Shown: positions 46,043 to 55,605 of the stretch, piece after piece | How the letters are laid out: every line of letters begins with the position of its first letter | How positions within the stretch are numbered: position 1 is the first letter of the stretch | Source: Myxococcota bacterium | GTDB taxonomy: Bacteria; Myxococcota_A; UBA9042; PHBI01; JAWLBL01 | Assembly (NCBI GenBank): GCA_041687695.1 | Contig: JAWLBL010000017.1 | Coordinates: 119,383 to 183,382 of the forward strand | Length of the DNA: 64,000 nucleotides | Direction: 5' to 3' | Notes under the pieces: model-generated | Seen by the model: only the letters and a program-made list of their open reading frames with translations | The model's database searches: none | Told to the model about the DNA's origin: nothing | Program-made: the position numbers and the translations under genes

Positions 46043-47881
46043 ATGGCACGTGCGGCAGGGCAGGGCAGGCGCGTGGGCGTGCGCGCCGTCGGGCTGGCGG
46101 TCGGTCTGGCGCTGGTCGGCTGGCTCGCCTGGCCTGCGGGTGACACACGCTACCTCCACGACACCTTCTCGAGGGTCGCCGCTGAGGTGGAGGCGCGCCG
46201 ACCCGACGACCGCGAGGTCGACGAGGCCCGCGCGAGGGCGCGATTGGCCGCCGCCGCGGCTCGCCTGGCCGCGCGACACGAGGGCCCCCGCCGCCCGCTG
46301 CAGGTCGAGGTAGTGGCCTGCGGCCGGATCCCCGCGGCGGGAGCGCGGGTGACGGCGCTGGACCCGACGGGCGGGGTCGTCGCGCGCGGCGTGACGGCGG
46401 AGGACGGACGGGTGACGGTCCAGGTGCCCGTGGGCGTGGCCATCACCCCGACCGCCGAGGCGGACGACGGCGCCGGGGCCAGCCTGCCGACCGAGGCCGA
46501 CGCCGCTGAGGTCGTGGTCTGCGCCGGCGCCACCCTCGAAGGCCTGGTGGTGGACGAGGCCGGCCGGCCCGTCGCCGAGGCCGAGGTCCGGCTCGAGGGC
46601 GCGGACTCGGACGCGAACGCGCCGGAGGAGCTGGACCTCGCCACCAGCGACGGCGAGGGGCGCTTCGTCCTGACCGACCAGCTGCTCCTGGGCCGCCGGG
46701 TCGTCGCCAGCGCCGCCGCGGGGCGGGGCCAGGTCGAGGTCGCGGACCTGAGCCCCGATGAGACCCGCGAGGTGCGCGTCACCCTCGCCGCGGGGCGGGT
46801 CGTCCGCGGGATGGTCGTCTCCCCCGAGGGGCAGCCCGTCCCGGCGGCCGACGTGACCGCGGCCGATGGACGTGGCGTCGTCGTCGCGCGGGCCCGGACC
46901 GACCGCTTCGGCCGCTTCTGGCTCAAGCGGACGCCCCTCGTCCCGGTCGAGCTCATGGCGGCGAACGCCGAGGGTGTCAGCGCCTCGGTCGTCGCGGGGC
47001 CGGACGAGGACGAGGAGGTCGTGCTCACGCTCGAGGCCGCGGCCCTCGTCGCCATCTCGGCCTCCAGCGACGACTACCACTTCGTCGTGGTCGACGTCGG
47101 CACCCCCGAGGAGCGTCGGATCGCCTCGGCGGACGGGCCTCGGGCCGAGCTGCGCCTGGGGGCGCCGGGTCGCGTCGCCGTCCGCGCCATCGGCCCCGAG
47201 GGCGAGACGGTCTGCGGCGAGCTGCTCCTGGCCCCCGGCGGCCATTACCAGGTCGCCTGCACGGGTGACGACCGCCCGGCCGTCGCCGTCGGGCGCGTGG
47301 TGGACGAGCACGGCCAGCCGCTCGCCGGGGCCCAGATCGGGCTCCAGCGCCGCGGCGGGCGCGAGGGGGGCGGGCGCGGCGCGAGCCCCGGCCCCGTCGC
47401 GGTCTCCGACGCGACCGGCCGCTTCCGGCTCGAGGTCGACCAGGTCGGGCGGGCCACCCTGGTGGCCTGGGTGGCCGACCGTTCCCTGCTGCCGGCGTCG
47501 CGACGGAACGTCCCGCTGGCCAGGGGACAGGTCGCCGACGTGGGCGACATCGTGCTGCAGACGCGCGAGACCGTCAGCGCCCTGTTCCAGGAGCGCCCCT
47601 TCGGGGGCATCGGCGCCTCCATCGCGCCCGATGGCGCCGGCATCCGCTTCCAGCGTCTGGTCGCGGGGGGGCCGCTGGACCGCGCCGGGATCCGCGAGGG
47701 CGACGTGCTGCTGGCCATCGCCGGCCAGCGGGTCGAGACGTGGAGCGTGCGCGAGACGGCCCAGCGCTTGCGTGGGCCTGCGGGCAGTCAGGTCGAGCTG
47801 CAGGTCTGGCGCAACGGCCGCGAGGAGCGCCTCGTCGTCGAGCGCGAGACCATAGACATCCACGCCAACGGGTGGCGTTGA
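46043..47881 (+). CDS. Carboxypeptidase-regulatory-like repeats plus C-terminal PDZ domain protein
   Basis: Repeated GxVVDxxGxPVAxA...DxxGRF units; GGIGASI...GPLDRAGIREGDVLLAIAG...LRGPAGSQV. Confidence 0.88.
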   Translation: MARAAGQGRRVGVRAVGLAVGLALVGWLAWPAGDTRYLHDTFSRVAAEVEARRPDDREVDEARARARLAAAAARLAARHEGPRRPLQVEVVACGRIPAAGARVTALDPTGGVVARGVTAEDGRVTVQVPVGVAITPTAEADDGAGASLPTEADAAEVVVCAGATLEGLVVDEAGRPVAEAEVRLEGADSDANAPEELDLATSDGEGRFVLTDQLLLGRRVVASAAAGRGQVEVADLSPDETREVRVTLAAGRVVRGMVVSPEGQPVPAADVTAADGRGVVVARARTDRFGRFWLKRTPLVPVELMAANAEGVSASVVAGPDEDEEVVLTLEAAALVAISASSDDYHFVVVDVGTPEERRIASADGPRAELRLGAPGRVAVRAIGPEGETVCGELLLAPGGHYQVACTGDDRPAVAVGRVVDEHGQPLAGAQIGLQRRGGREGGGRGASPGPVAVSDATGRFRLEVDQVGRATLVAWVADRSLLPASRRNVPLARGQVADVGDIVLQTRETVSALFQERPFGGIGASIAPDGAGIRFQRLVAGGPLDRAGIREGDVLLAIAGQRVETWSVRETAQRLRGPAGSQVELQVWRNGREERLVVERETIDIHANGWR

Positions 47882-48024
47882 GCCGAGGATCGCGTGCCTA
47901 CCGGCGAGGCGCCGTGGGCGCCTCCAGGGGAGCCCTTGGCGGCCCCCTCCCGGGGCCCGCGTCGAACGAGGAGACCGACTCGTCCCAGGTCTCCCGGCGC
48001 CACCGATCGGGCTTCCCCTCGGCC

Positions 48025-48511
48025 GCGTGAGCGGTGCGGCGGCGTCGCGTCATCCGCCATGGCGTCCCTGATTGGTGAGCGGATGAGCGCGTGAGCGTCG
48101 CGTCGGCGTCGCGTCGTCCGCCGCGACGTCCCTGATTGGTGAGCGGATGAGCGCGTGAGCGTCGCGTCGGCGTCGCGTCGTCCGCCACGGCGTCCATGAG
48201 TCGTGAGCGGGTGAGCGCGTGAGCGGCGCGGCGGCGTCGCGTCATCCGCCACGGCGTCCGTGAGTCGTGAGCGGATGAGCGCGTGAGCGGCGCGGCGGCG
48301 TCGCGTCGTCCGCCACGGCGTCCGTGACTGGTGAGCGGATGAGCGCGTGAGCGTCGCGTCGGCGTCGCGTCGTCCGCCACGGCGTCCGTGACTGGTGAGC
48401 GGGTGAGCGCGTGAGCGGCGCGGCGGCGTCGCGTCGTCCGCCACGGCGTCCGTGACTGGTGAGCGGAATGAGCGCGTGAGCGTCGCGTCGGCGACGCGTC
48501 ATCCGCCACGG
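48025..48511. repeat. Intergenic tandem array, ~7.6 copies of a 64-bp unit
   Basis: Units start at 48025, 48089, 48153, 48217, 48281, 48345, 48409, 48474; consensus GCGTGAGCGKCGCGKCGGCGTCGCGTCRTCCGCCACGGCGTCCGTGANTSGTGAGCGGRTGAGC. Confidence 0.95.
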
Positions 48512-48566
48512 AGGCCGTGGGTGTCGAAGGGATGAGCGGCGCGTCGAACACGAGGAGGGCGCTGCG

Positions 48567-50525
48567 TCAGCCGTGGACGTCCTGGCTGCATGGTTCGTCC
48601 GACGCCGCATCCGCGCCCGGCAAGCCGACGCGAGGTAGGCGGACCTCGACGATCGCGCCGCCACCCGCGGCGTTGGACGCCCTCATCTCGCCCCCGTGCG
48701 CCAGGGCCACCTCGCGGCTGACGTACAGGCCGAGCCCCAGGCCGCCGTGATGCGCGGTCTGCGTGGCGCGCTCGAACCGGTCGAACAGGCGGGGGAGCTC
48801 CGACTCCGGGAACCCCGGACCGTGATCGCGCACCCTCATCACGACGGCGTCGTGCTCGGCCGCGACCTCGACGTCGACGCGGCTCCCGGCGCCGTAGCGC
48901 AGCGCGTTGCCGAGCAGGTTGGTGAGCACCTGTCCGACCCGCAGGCGGTCCCACTGGCCCACGACCGGGTCCGGTGCGTGGAGGTGGACCTCGCTCCCGG
49001 CCCGCTCGGCCGTCAGGCGCAACTCCTCGACCACCTCGGCCGCGAGCGCGCAGAGATCGAACTCCTGCAGCTCGAGCACCAGGTGGCCGGTGCGGATGCG
49101 CGACACGTCCAGCAGGGACTCGACCAGGGCCGAGAGGCGATCGGCGCTGCGCGTGGCGCGGTCCAGCCGCGCCGACAGCCACGGAGGGAGCTCGTCGCGA
49201 CGGCGCACGAGCGCTTGAAGCTGCAGCTGTAGCGAGGTCAAGGGCGTCCGCAGCTCGTGCGAGGCCAGCGAGATGAAGTCGTCGCGCAGCCGCAGGGCCT
49301 CCTGGGCGTGCGCGAGACGCAGGCGCTCTTGCTCGAGGGCGCGGCGATCGGTGAGGTCGCGCGTGACCTTGGCAAAGCCTCGGTGGCGGCCCGAGGCGTC
49401 GAAGATGGGAGTGAGCGAGATGCTGGCCCAAAAGCGCGACCCGTCCTTTCGGACGCGATAGGCCTCGTCGTCGAACCGCCCGGACCGCAGCGCCGACTGC
49501 AGCTCGCGCTCGGCCCGGTCGCCATCCCCGGCGTCGGGCGGGTAGAACACGGACAGCGGCCGCCCCAGGATCTCGGTCTCCGTGTAGCCGGTGATGCGCT
49601 CGGCGCCCGTGTTCCAGGTCGCGATCCGGCCGCGGGTGTCCAACATGAAGATGGCGTAGTCGGACACGGACTCGAGGATGATCCGGTAGCGGTCCTCGCT
49701 CTCGCGCAAGGCCTCGCTGGCGCGATGCAGCTCGGTCAGGTCGCGCGTGACCTTGACGAAGCCGCGCAGGGTGCCGCTCTCGTCGCGCACGGCCGAGATC
49801 ACCACGTCGGCCCAGAAGTGCGTCCCGTCCTTGCGGACGCGCCAGCCGACGTCCTCGACCCGCCCGTCGCGGGCGGCACGCTCGAGAAGGCGCCGCGGCT
49901 TGCCCGCCGCCGCGTCCTCGGCCGGATAGAACCGCTCGATGGGCTGTCCGATGATCTCCTCGGGCCGATAGCCCTTGATGCGACACGCGCCCGGGTTCCA
50001 GCTCATGACGCGGCCGTCCAGGTCCAGCATGAAGATCGCGTAGTCCTGGATGCTGCCTATGAGCAGCCGCAGCCGCTCCTCGCTGTCGCGCAGCGCCTGG
50101 TCCGCTTCGCGGCGCTCGGTGAGGTCCCGGGTCACCTTGGCGAAGCCGATGAGGCGCCCCTCGGTGTCCCGCACCGGCGTGATGACGACGTTGGCCCAGA
50201 ACGAAGAGCCGTCCTTGCGGACGCGCCAGCCCTCCTCCTCGAACCGGCCTTCGGTGGTCGCCAGCTCGAGCTCGCGCCGGCAGTGCTCCCGCGCCTCGTC
50301 GGGGTCGGGGTAGAAGACGCTGATGTGCTGGCCCAGGATCTCGTCGGCCTGGTACCCGTTGATGCGCGCGGCCCCCGAGTTCCACGTGATCACCCGGCCG
50401 GTCGTATCGAGCATGAAGACCGCGTAGTCGCGGATGCTCTCGACGAGGCTCGTGGTGAGCGTCGCCAGGTCCAGCGGCCGCTCGGCCGCGGGCTCGGCGT
50501 CGGTGGGTGGGGCGCGCTCGGTCAT
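48567..50525 (-). CDS. Cytoplasmic triple-PAS sensor histidine kinase
   Basis: Three DYAI/VFMLD...WNxGA...RVRKDG PAS-PAC repeats; ASHELRTPL, NLLGNALRY, DHGPG, GGLGLGL. Confidence 0.95.
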   Translation of the reverse strand: MTERAPPTDAEPAAERPLDLATLTTSLVESIRDYAVFMLDTTGRVITWNSGAARINGYQADEILGQHISVFYPDPDEAREHCRRELELATTEGRFEEEGWRVRKDGSSFWANVVITPVRDTEGRLIGFAKVTRDLTERREADQALRDSEERLRLLIGSIQDYAIFMLDLDGRVMSWNPGACRIKGYRPEEIIGQPIERFYPAEDAAAGKPRRLLERAARDGRVEDVGWRVRKDGTHFWADVVISAVRDESGTLRGFVKVTRDLTELHRASEALRESEDRYRIILESVSDYAIFMLDTRGRIATWNTGAERITGYTETEILGRPLSVFYPPDAGDGDRAERELQSALRSGRFDDEAYRVRKDGSRFWASISLTPIFDASGRHRGFAKVTRDLTDRRALEQERLRLAHAQEALRLRDDFISLASHELRTPLTSLQLQLQALVRRRDELPPWLSARLDRATRSADRLSALVESLLDVSRIRTGHLVLELQEFDLCALAAEVVEELRLTAERAGSEVHLHAPDPVVGQWDRLRVGQVLTNLLGNALRYGAGSRVDVEVAAEHDAVVMRVRDHGPGFPESELPRLFDRFERATQTAHHGGLGLGLYVSREVALAHGGEMRASNAAGGGAIVEVRLPRVGLPGADAASDEPCSQDVHG

Positions 50526-50674
50526 GAGCCTCTCGGGGGGCGTCCGGTCTCTGGCCAGCCGATCCGCGGCCACCGGAACCAGGCCGGTCGGCCCGGAGTC
50601 TGTCACTGACGCGCCGAGAGGCAATACTTTGGGTGTGGACCGCCGCCTCGCGCTGGAGGGCTGTCGCACGACCG

Positions 50675-50895
50675 CCCCGGAGGGGTCTCCGGGGGTGAGA
50701 GGGTGTCGCAGAAGGCCAATCGGAGTGCTCCACCTTGGTGGAGCCCCCATCCCGGCGCAGCTTGCTGCGCCGGGATCGGCGGCCAGATCCCGGCGACAAG
50801 CCGCCGGGGCCGGGGCTCCGGCAAGCCCATCCACCTCATAGGAGCACAAAAGGGCCGCCTCCGCCGGCATCGATACGCCACCCTCGGTGGAGCGG
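50675..50895. repeat. Cluster of inverted repeats in a divergent intergenic region
   Basis: Stems at 50675-50694, 50727-50744, 50749-50776 (13 bp), 50789-50808, 50878-50890. Confidence 0.7.
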
Positions 50896-51008
50896 TGATC
50901 CGGCGCCGCGCGCTGCGCCAGGAAGGGCTCGCCCGTTCCGCCGCAAGCGCCCGTCCTCCGACGCGATTTCCGTATGAAGCCGTGCGACGCGAGGGTAAGA
51001 GGGGCGCC

Positions 51009-51974
51009 ATGAAGACCTGGTTGCTGGACGTGCTGGCCTGCCCGACCGACGGTTGCGGCGGACGCTTGAGCCCCGAGTCCCCCCGCCGGCAACGCGGGGG
51101 CGGCGTGCGTGACGGCATGCTGCGCTGCGCCGAGTGCCCGGCGGTCTACCCGGTCCTGGGCGGCGTCCCCATCCTGATGCCCAGCCCCGGCAGCTACCTG
51201 GCGACCTATCGGGAGTCGGTGCTGGCGACGCTGGCCGAGCACGATCGGCTGGGGCGCGACACCGTCTCCCTGGTGGACGCCTTCGCCGGACCGTTCGAGG
51301 GCGCCGAGCCCATGCGCTTTGGCGACGACTGGGTGCGGGGCGAGCTGGCAGGCCTCGAGGGTTGGCCAGCCCCCCCGGGCAAGAACCCGGCGACCAAGGC
51401 CTTCGCCGCCTTCGTGCGCGCCGCCGAGAAGCTGGAGCCCACCGCGGCGCTGATGGCGGCGCTGGGTGACGGGCCCCTGGGTACGGTGCTGGAGCTGGGG
51501 CCGGGCGCCGGCCTGACGACCCGGGCGCTGGCGGCACGCGCCGAGCGTCTGGTCGTCGGAGATCTGTCGCTGCGCGCGGTCCTGGTCAGCCTTTCGCTGG
51601 CCGGTGACGCCGAGGAGGCGGCGGAGCAGCGCCTGGAAGGTGTCGTGGTCGACGCGCACGACCTGGCGCTCCGGCCGCAGGCGGTCGACCTGGTCGTCGG
51701 CGCGAACCTGGTGGATCTCTTGGAGGAGCCCGAGCGCTTCTTCGATGCGTTGTCGGAGGCGCTGGCCACCGGGGCGCGGGTCGCCCTGACGACGCCGCGC
51801 CCCGATCTGGGCCAGCCGCTGGGTGACGACGAGGCCCTGCGCCAGGGCCTGCGCGACGCGGGTTTTGGCCTGCTGCACGAGGCCGACGGGGTGCCGTGGC
51901 TGCGTCCCCACGGCCCCCGCTACTGGCAGCTGTACTTCGCGCAGCTGGTCGTGGCCGAGCGCCTGTCGAGCTGA
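51009..51974 (+). CDS. Trm112-like zinc-finger fused class I SAM methyltransferase
   Basis: LDVLACPTDGC...LRCAECPAVYPVLGGVPIL; VLELGPGAG; VGDLS; VVDAHDL. Confidence 0.85.
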   Translation: MKTWLLDVLACPTDGCGGRLSPESPRRQRGGGVRDGMLRCAECPAVYPVLGGVPILMPSPGSYLATYRESVLATLAEHDRLGRDTVSLVDAFAGPFEGAEPMRFGDDWVRGELAGLEGWPAPPGKNPATKAFAAFVRAAEKLEPTAALMAALGDGPLGTVLELGPGAGLTTRALAARAERLVVGDLSLRAVLVSLSLAGDAEEAAEQRLEGVVVDAHDLALRPQAVDLVVGANLVDLLEEPERFFDALSEALATGARVALTTPRPDLGQPLGDDEALRQGLRDAGFGLLHEADGVPWLRPHGPRYWQLYFAQLVVAERLSS

Positions 51975-51976
51975 TC

Positions 51977-54346
51977 TCACGCGGTCCAGACCCGAGACAG
52001 GTCGACCGGCCCGCCGCTCCGCTCGAGCCAGGCCCGCGCCTTGGCGGCGGCCGCGGTCCACTCGTCCTCGCGCTCGGCCGCGGTCCGCCGCAGCAGCGCC
52101 AGGATCAGCGCCGTCGCCGCCCGCTCGTCCCCATGAGCCGCATGAACCGCCCGCGCCGCGTCCAGGACGTCGCCGAGCCAGCGTTCGAGCGCTTCGGACC
52201 ACGGGAAGCGGCCATCGGCCTGCTGCGTCATCAGCACCTCGTACATGAGGTCCAGCGGGTCACCCTGGACGGACGATCCCGGGGCTGCTGGCGCCGCGGC
52301 GTACGGGACCGCCGAGTCCTGCACCATCAAGGGAGCCCCAGCGGACGGGCCCGCCGGCGGCGACGTGTCCGCACCGAGGCCGAACGCGCGACCGATGGCC
52401 GACAGGACCCCGCGCCCCGAACGCTTGCGCGTCGCGGCAGGCGGCGCGGGGGCCGCCATCGAGAAGGCCACGTTCGGCATCGGGTACGCGGCCTGCGGGG
52501 CTGCCATGGGTGGCATGGCCCCGGCCCGCCCCGCGCCCCGCGAGGCCGCGTGCACGCCGCCCCAGCCGTGCGTCAGCGCAATGGGCACCCGTCGCAGCTC
52601 GGCCGCGCCCTCGGTGCGCTCGCCCTCGGCGCGCTCCTCGACGGCGACGTAGCTGGTCCGGCTGCTCATGAGTCCATAGCGCTTGCCCAGCGCGACGATG
52701 GCCTCACCCGTCCGATCGGCGCCGCGCCGCTGCTGGCTGCCCGGCCGCGGCGCGTCGCCTCGCTCGAGCTCGCGGATCCGCTCGCGCGCCCAGAGCACCG
52801 GGATCGCGCCACCGCGCTCGGCGTGCTCGAGGTCCAACGCGACCGGGAAGCGCTGGTCGCCCGCGTGCAGCGTCACCGTGTGCTGCGTCGCGCCCGCGCC
52901 GGCCTGGATGCGTCCGAGGACGGTCAGCGCGTCGCCCTGAAAGACCGGCGGACACACGCGCGGCGCCTGCTCGACCGACAGGTCGCCCCAGTCCACGCGC
53001 ACGTCCGACAGCGCGGGCGTCCGGATCCGGCCGAATATGCGCAGCACCACGGGCTCCATGCGCTCGCCCGGCGCGATCATCTCGGCCGAAGCCCGCGTCG
53101 CGCGCGCGACCCCGCGCACGAGGTGATCGCTGGCCCCCGCGCCGATCCCGAAGGCGAACACACGCGCCCGGGCCGCCGACCTCTCGCACAGCGCGATGAT
53201 CTCGGCCTCGTTGGACACCTGGCCGTCCGTCAGCAGCAGGACCTGTCGCGGCCGCGACGGGTCGACGGGCGCGTCGAGCAGCGCCTTCAGCGGCTCGAGG
53301 ATCTCGGTGCCGCCGAGATCGGCGTCGACGCGCGCCAGCCACGCGCTGGCTTCGTTCAAGCTGCCCTGATCGTAGGGGCGCGGCGCGGGCCACAGGCTGT
53401 CGTGCCGGCTGCCGAAGCGGTGGATGTTGAAGGTGTCGCCTTCGGACAGCGCCCGCAGGCACAGGGCCAGCGCGCGGCGGGCCTGGTCCATCGACGAGCC
53501 CCCCATCGACCCCGAGCAGTCGAGCAGGAACCGGACCTCTTGCGGACCGGCGGCCTGCTCGGACAGCTCGGGCAGGAAGGTGATCATCGCGACGCGGGCC
53601 CCGTCCTCTTCGGCGGCCACCGCGGCGCTGGGCCGCCGCGTCTCGGTCGGCGTCACGAGCAGGACGAAGTCCCGGTCCAGGGCGACCTGCTCCTGCGAGA
53701 GCGTGACGACCGTCCGCCCCGGGTCCAGCTCCGTCTGGATGGGGTGGCTGGGCGACGCGACGCTCCGGACGGGGCCGCCCTCGATCGAGACGGTCAGCGA
53801 CAGGCCGTAGGGCACCTGCAGCCAGCGCTCGGGGTTGACCCGCTCGCCGTCCGGCTGCCCGATCTCGGGTCCGCTGGCCGGGACGTAACGCGGCGACACC
53901 GTCGTCGGGACGGTGAAGCGGAGGGCCTCGCCCTCGAAGCGCAGCCGCGACACCGTCGTCACGCCGATCTCGACCGCCTGGCCCGGACGCAGGTTGCCCA
54001 CCGAGGTCGTGAACACGTTCGGCCGCTCTTGATCGAGCAGGAAGGCGCCGTGGCCCTCGGCCATGGCATCGTCGTAGGCGGCGAAGGCCTCGTCGCGCTC
54101 TTCGACGCGCCCGCGGAGCAGGCGATCGCCGACCCGGGCGAAGAACCCGGACACGGCCGCGCCCTCTTCGAGGGGGAAGACGTAGACCGCCTCGACGTCC
54201 ACGGCCTCGGTGTTCCGGAACCGCTGCGTCAGGGTCACCTCGGCGGCGATCCCGGTCAGGCGCGCCTCGATCCGCACGCCCTCGAGCGGGACGGCGGCGC
54301 CCCGCGCGAGGAGTCCAAAACCCGCCACTGCCGGTGTCACGTTCAT
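51977..54346 (-). CDS. VIT plus vWA domain protein (VWA5A-like)
   Basis: QRFRN...EAVYVFPL...VGNL VIT; MIDAS DCSGSM, GGTEI, LLTDG; RTSYVAVE; C-terminal QQADGRF. Confidence 0.93.
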   Translation of the reverse strand: MNVTPAVAGFGLLARGAAVPLEGVRIEARLTGIAAEVTLTQRFRNTEAVDVEAVYVFPLEEGAAVSGFFARVGDRLLRGRVEERDEAFAAYDDAMAEGHGAFLLDQERPNVFTTSVGNLRPGQAVEIGVTTVSRLRFEGEALRFTVPTTVSPRYVPASGPEIGQPDGERVNPERWLQVPYGLSLTVSIEGGPVRSVASPSHPIQTELDPGRTVVTLSQEQVALDRDFVLLVTPTETRRPSAAVAAEEDGARVAMITFLPELSEQAAGPQEVRFLLDCSGSMGGSSMDQARRALALCLRALSEGDTFNIHRFGSRHDSLWPAPRPYDQGSLNEASAWLARVDADLGGTEILEPLKALLDAPVDPSRPRQVLLLTDGQVSNEAEIIALCERSAARARVFAFGIGAGASDHLVRGVARATRASAEMIAPGERMEPVVLRIFGRIRTPALSDVRVDWGDLSVEQAPRVCPPVFQGDALTVLGRIQAGAGATQHTVTLHAGDQRFPVALDLEHAERGGAIPVLWARERIRELERGDAPRPGSQQRRGADRTGEAIVALGKRYGLMSSRTSYVAVEERAEGERTEGAAELRRVPIALTHGWGGVHAASRGAGRAGAMPPMAAPQAAYPMPNVAFSMAAPAPPAATRKRSGRGVLSAIGRAFGLGADTSPPAGPSAGAPLMVQDSAVPYAAAPAAPGSSVQGDPLDLMYEVLMTQQADGRFPWSEALERWLGDVLDAARAVHAAHGDERAATALILALLRRTAAEREDEWTAAAAKARAWLERSGGPVDLSRVWTA

Positions 54347-54864
54347 CGGTCGTCCTCCCCGTCGGGCCCGGCCCGGTCGTCGCGACCGGGCTCGGGCGAT
54401 CCCCTCGGCGCCTCGACCTCCGAGGCGTCTTCGTCCATGGACGCGAGCGCGGCCGCGACGGCGCCGAGCAGCCGCGCCAGCCGCGGCCCGTCCAGCGCCC
54501 CGGCGCGTGCGTGCACCTCGACCGCGTCGCCGAACTCGAAGCGCAGCCAGGCCCGCGCTGGCGGCGCCGACGACACCGGCATGGGCTCGGCGCGCGCCGG
54601 CGCCACCAGCGGCGGCGTCCCGTCGGTGCGTCGCTTGATCTCGTCGAGCGAGACGCCGGCCTGCTGCCAGTCACGGACTCGGATCAGCGCGTCCAGGTGA
54701 TCGGCCGTGTAGTGCTTGCCACGCCCGGTCCCGGTGGGCGGAGGCAACAGCCCCCGCTGCACGTAGTACCGCACGGTGCGACGGCTGACGCCGCCGAGCT
54801 CGGCCAGCTCCTCGATCCCGTACACCGACGTCTGAGTCGGTGCGCTGTCGCCGTGTTCGCTCAT
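54343..54864 (-). CDS. MerR-family HTH regulator
   Basis: YGIEELAELGGVSRRTVRYYVQRGLLPPP...GVSLDEIK; ATGA overlap with the VIT gene. Confidence 0.92.
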   Translation of the reverse strand: MSEHGDSAPTQTSVYGIEELAELGGVSRRTVRYYVQRGLLPPPTGTGRGKHYTADHLDALIRVRDWQQAGVSLDEIKRRTDGTPPLVAPARAEPMPVSSAPPARAWLRFEFGDAVEVHARAGALDGPRLARLLGAVAAALASMDEDASEVEAPRGSPEPGRDDRAGPDGEDDR

Positions 54865-54873
54865 GACCCGGCA

Positions 54874-54903
54874 AACGTGACACCTGCCGTGTCATGTTTC
54901 AAG
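54874..54903 (-). promoter_or_regulatory. merR promoter with dyad operator
   Basis: TGACAC-N5-GTGTCA (54878-54894) immediately downstream of a minus-strand TTGAAA -35, 14 bp from the start codon. Confidence 0.65.
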
Positions 54904-54986
54904 TGTCGGGTTGCGTTTTCTCGGCGTTCCGGCGCCAACCCCTGGTCAGGGCAGCGTTTTTTTTTCTTGTTCGGGGGCGCCGCCGC

Positions 54987-55511
54987 TCAGTCGGCCGCGC
55001 GCACGAAGGTGCCGCGCCCGCGGTCCTTCACGACCCCCGGGAAGCGCAGCACCTTGTTGTGCATCGCGACATAGACCCCGGGCGTCAGCAGCTGGACCGC
55101 CAACAGGGCCTCGGTCAGGTTCTGCAGCGCGTCGGTGTTGCGCATGGCGTACGGGCGCATCGCGCCGGTCAACACGATCGGGACGGCCGGGTCGGGCACC
55201 AGCGCGACCGTCCGCTCGCCGGTCTCGGCCAGGCGGTCGGTGCCGTGGACGATGACCACCCCGTCGTGCGCCTCGGCCAGGTGACCGGCCGTGCGCGCGA
55301 TGAGCGCGTGCTCCCGATCGGTCATCTCGAGGCTGTCCTTGTTCATGAGCGGCACGCGGACGATCTCGACGCCGTGCAGCTCGAGCGACGCCAGCATGAC
55401 GTCGAGCACGCTGACGCGGTTCATCAGGACCCCGGCGAGCTCGTCGTAGGTCTTCTCGATGGTGCCGCCGGTGGAGATGAGGGCGATGCGCTTGCGTTCG
55501 CGGTGTTCCAT
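54987..55511 (-). CDS. Short L-asparaginase (N-terminal catalytic domain only)
   Basis: STGGTIEK, NKDSLEMTD, VHGTD, VLTGAMRP. Confidence 0.92.
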   Translation of the reverse strand: MEHRERKRIALISTGGTIEKTYDELAGVLMNRVSVLDVMLASLELHGVEIVRVPLMNKDSLEMTDREHALIARTAGHLAEAHDGVVIVHGTDRLAETGERTVALVPDPAVPIVLTGAMRPYAMRNTDALQNLTEALLAVQLLTPGVYVAMHNKVLRFPGVVKDRGRGTFVRAAD

Positions 55512-55605
55512 GGCGCGGAATGTAGCAGAGTCGCGCGGCGGCGCGAGGGCCACGATCGCGGGACCGCGAGCGCGGCCGGCCGGCCCGGCGCGGGAGGAGA
55601 CAGCC

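Noticed and set aside
48076..48086. lac operator-like GTGAGCGGAT in the repeat unit
   Set aside because: Only a partial half-site match with no dyad; likely coincidence.
48025..48511. CRISPR array
   Set aside because: Whole units are near-identical with no unique spacers, and no cas genes are in the window.
47788..48664. Minus-strand ORFs across the repeat array
   Set aside because: They arise from a stop-poor 64-bp repeat cycling through frames; low-complexity products, no RBS. Not fully excluded.
48567..52202. 1211-aa kinase as given in the ORF track
   Set aside because: The N-terminal half is antisense to the methyltransferase; the plausible start is 50525. Similar over-extensions were trimmed for radC, coxB, ctaD, RluA, MFS, ftsB and the protease.
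54940..54968. Intrinsic terminator at the T-tract
   Set aside because: The stem is weak and the T-run is on the plus strand while flanking genes are on the minus strand; may instead be an A-tract upstream of the merR promoter.
54987..55511. Truncated asparaginase pseudogene
   Set aside because: Catalytic motifs are intact with a clean start and stop; short single-domain asparaginases are a known form.
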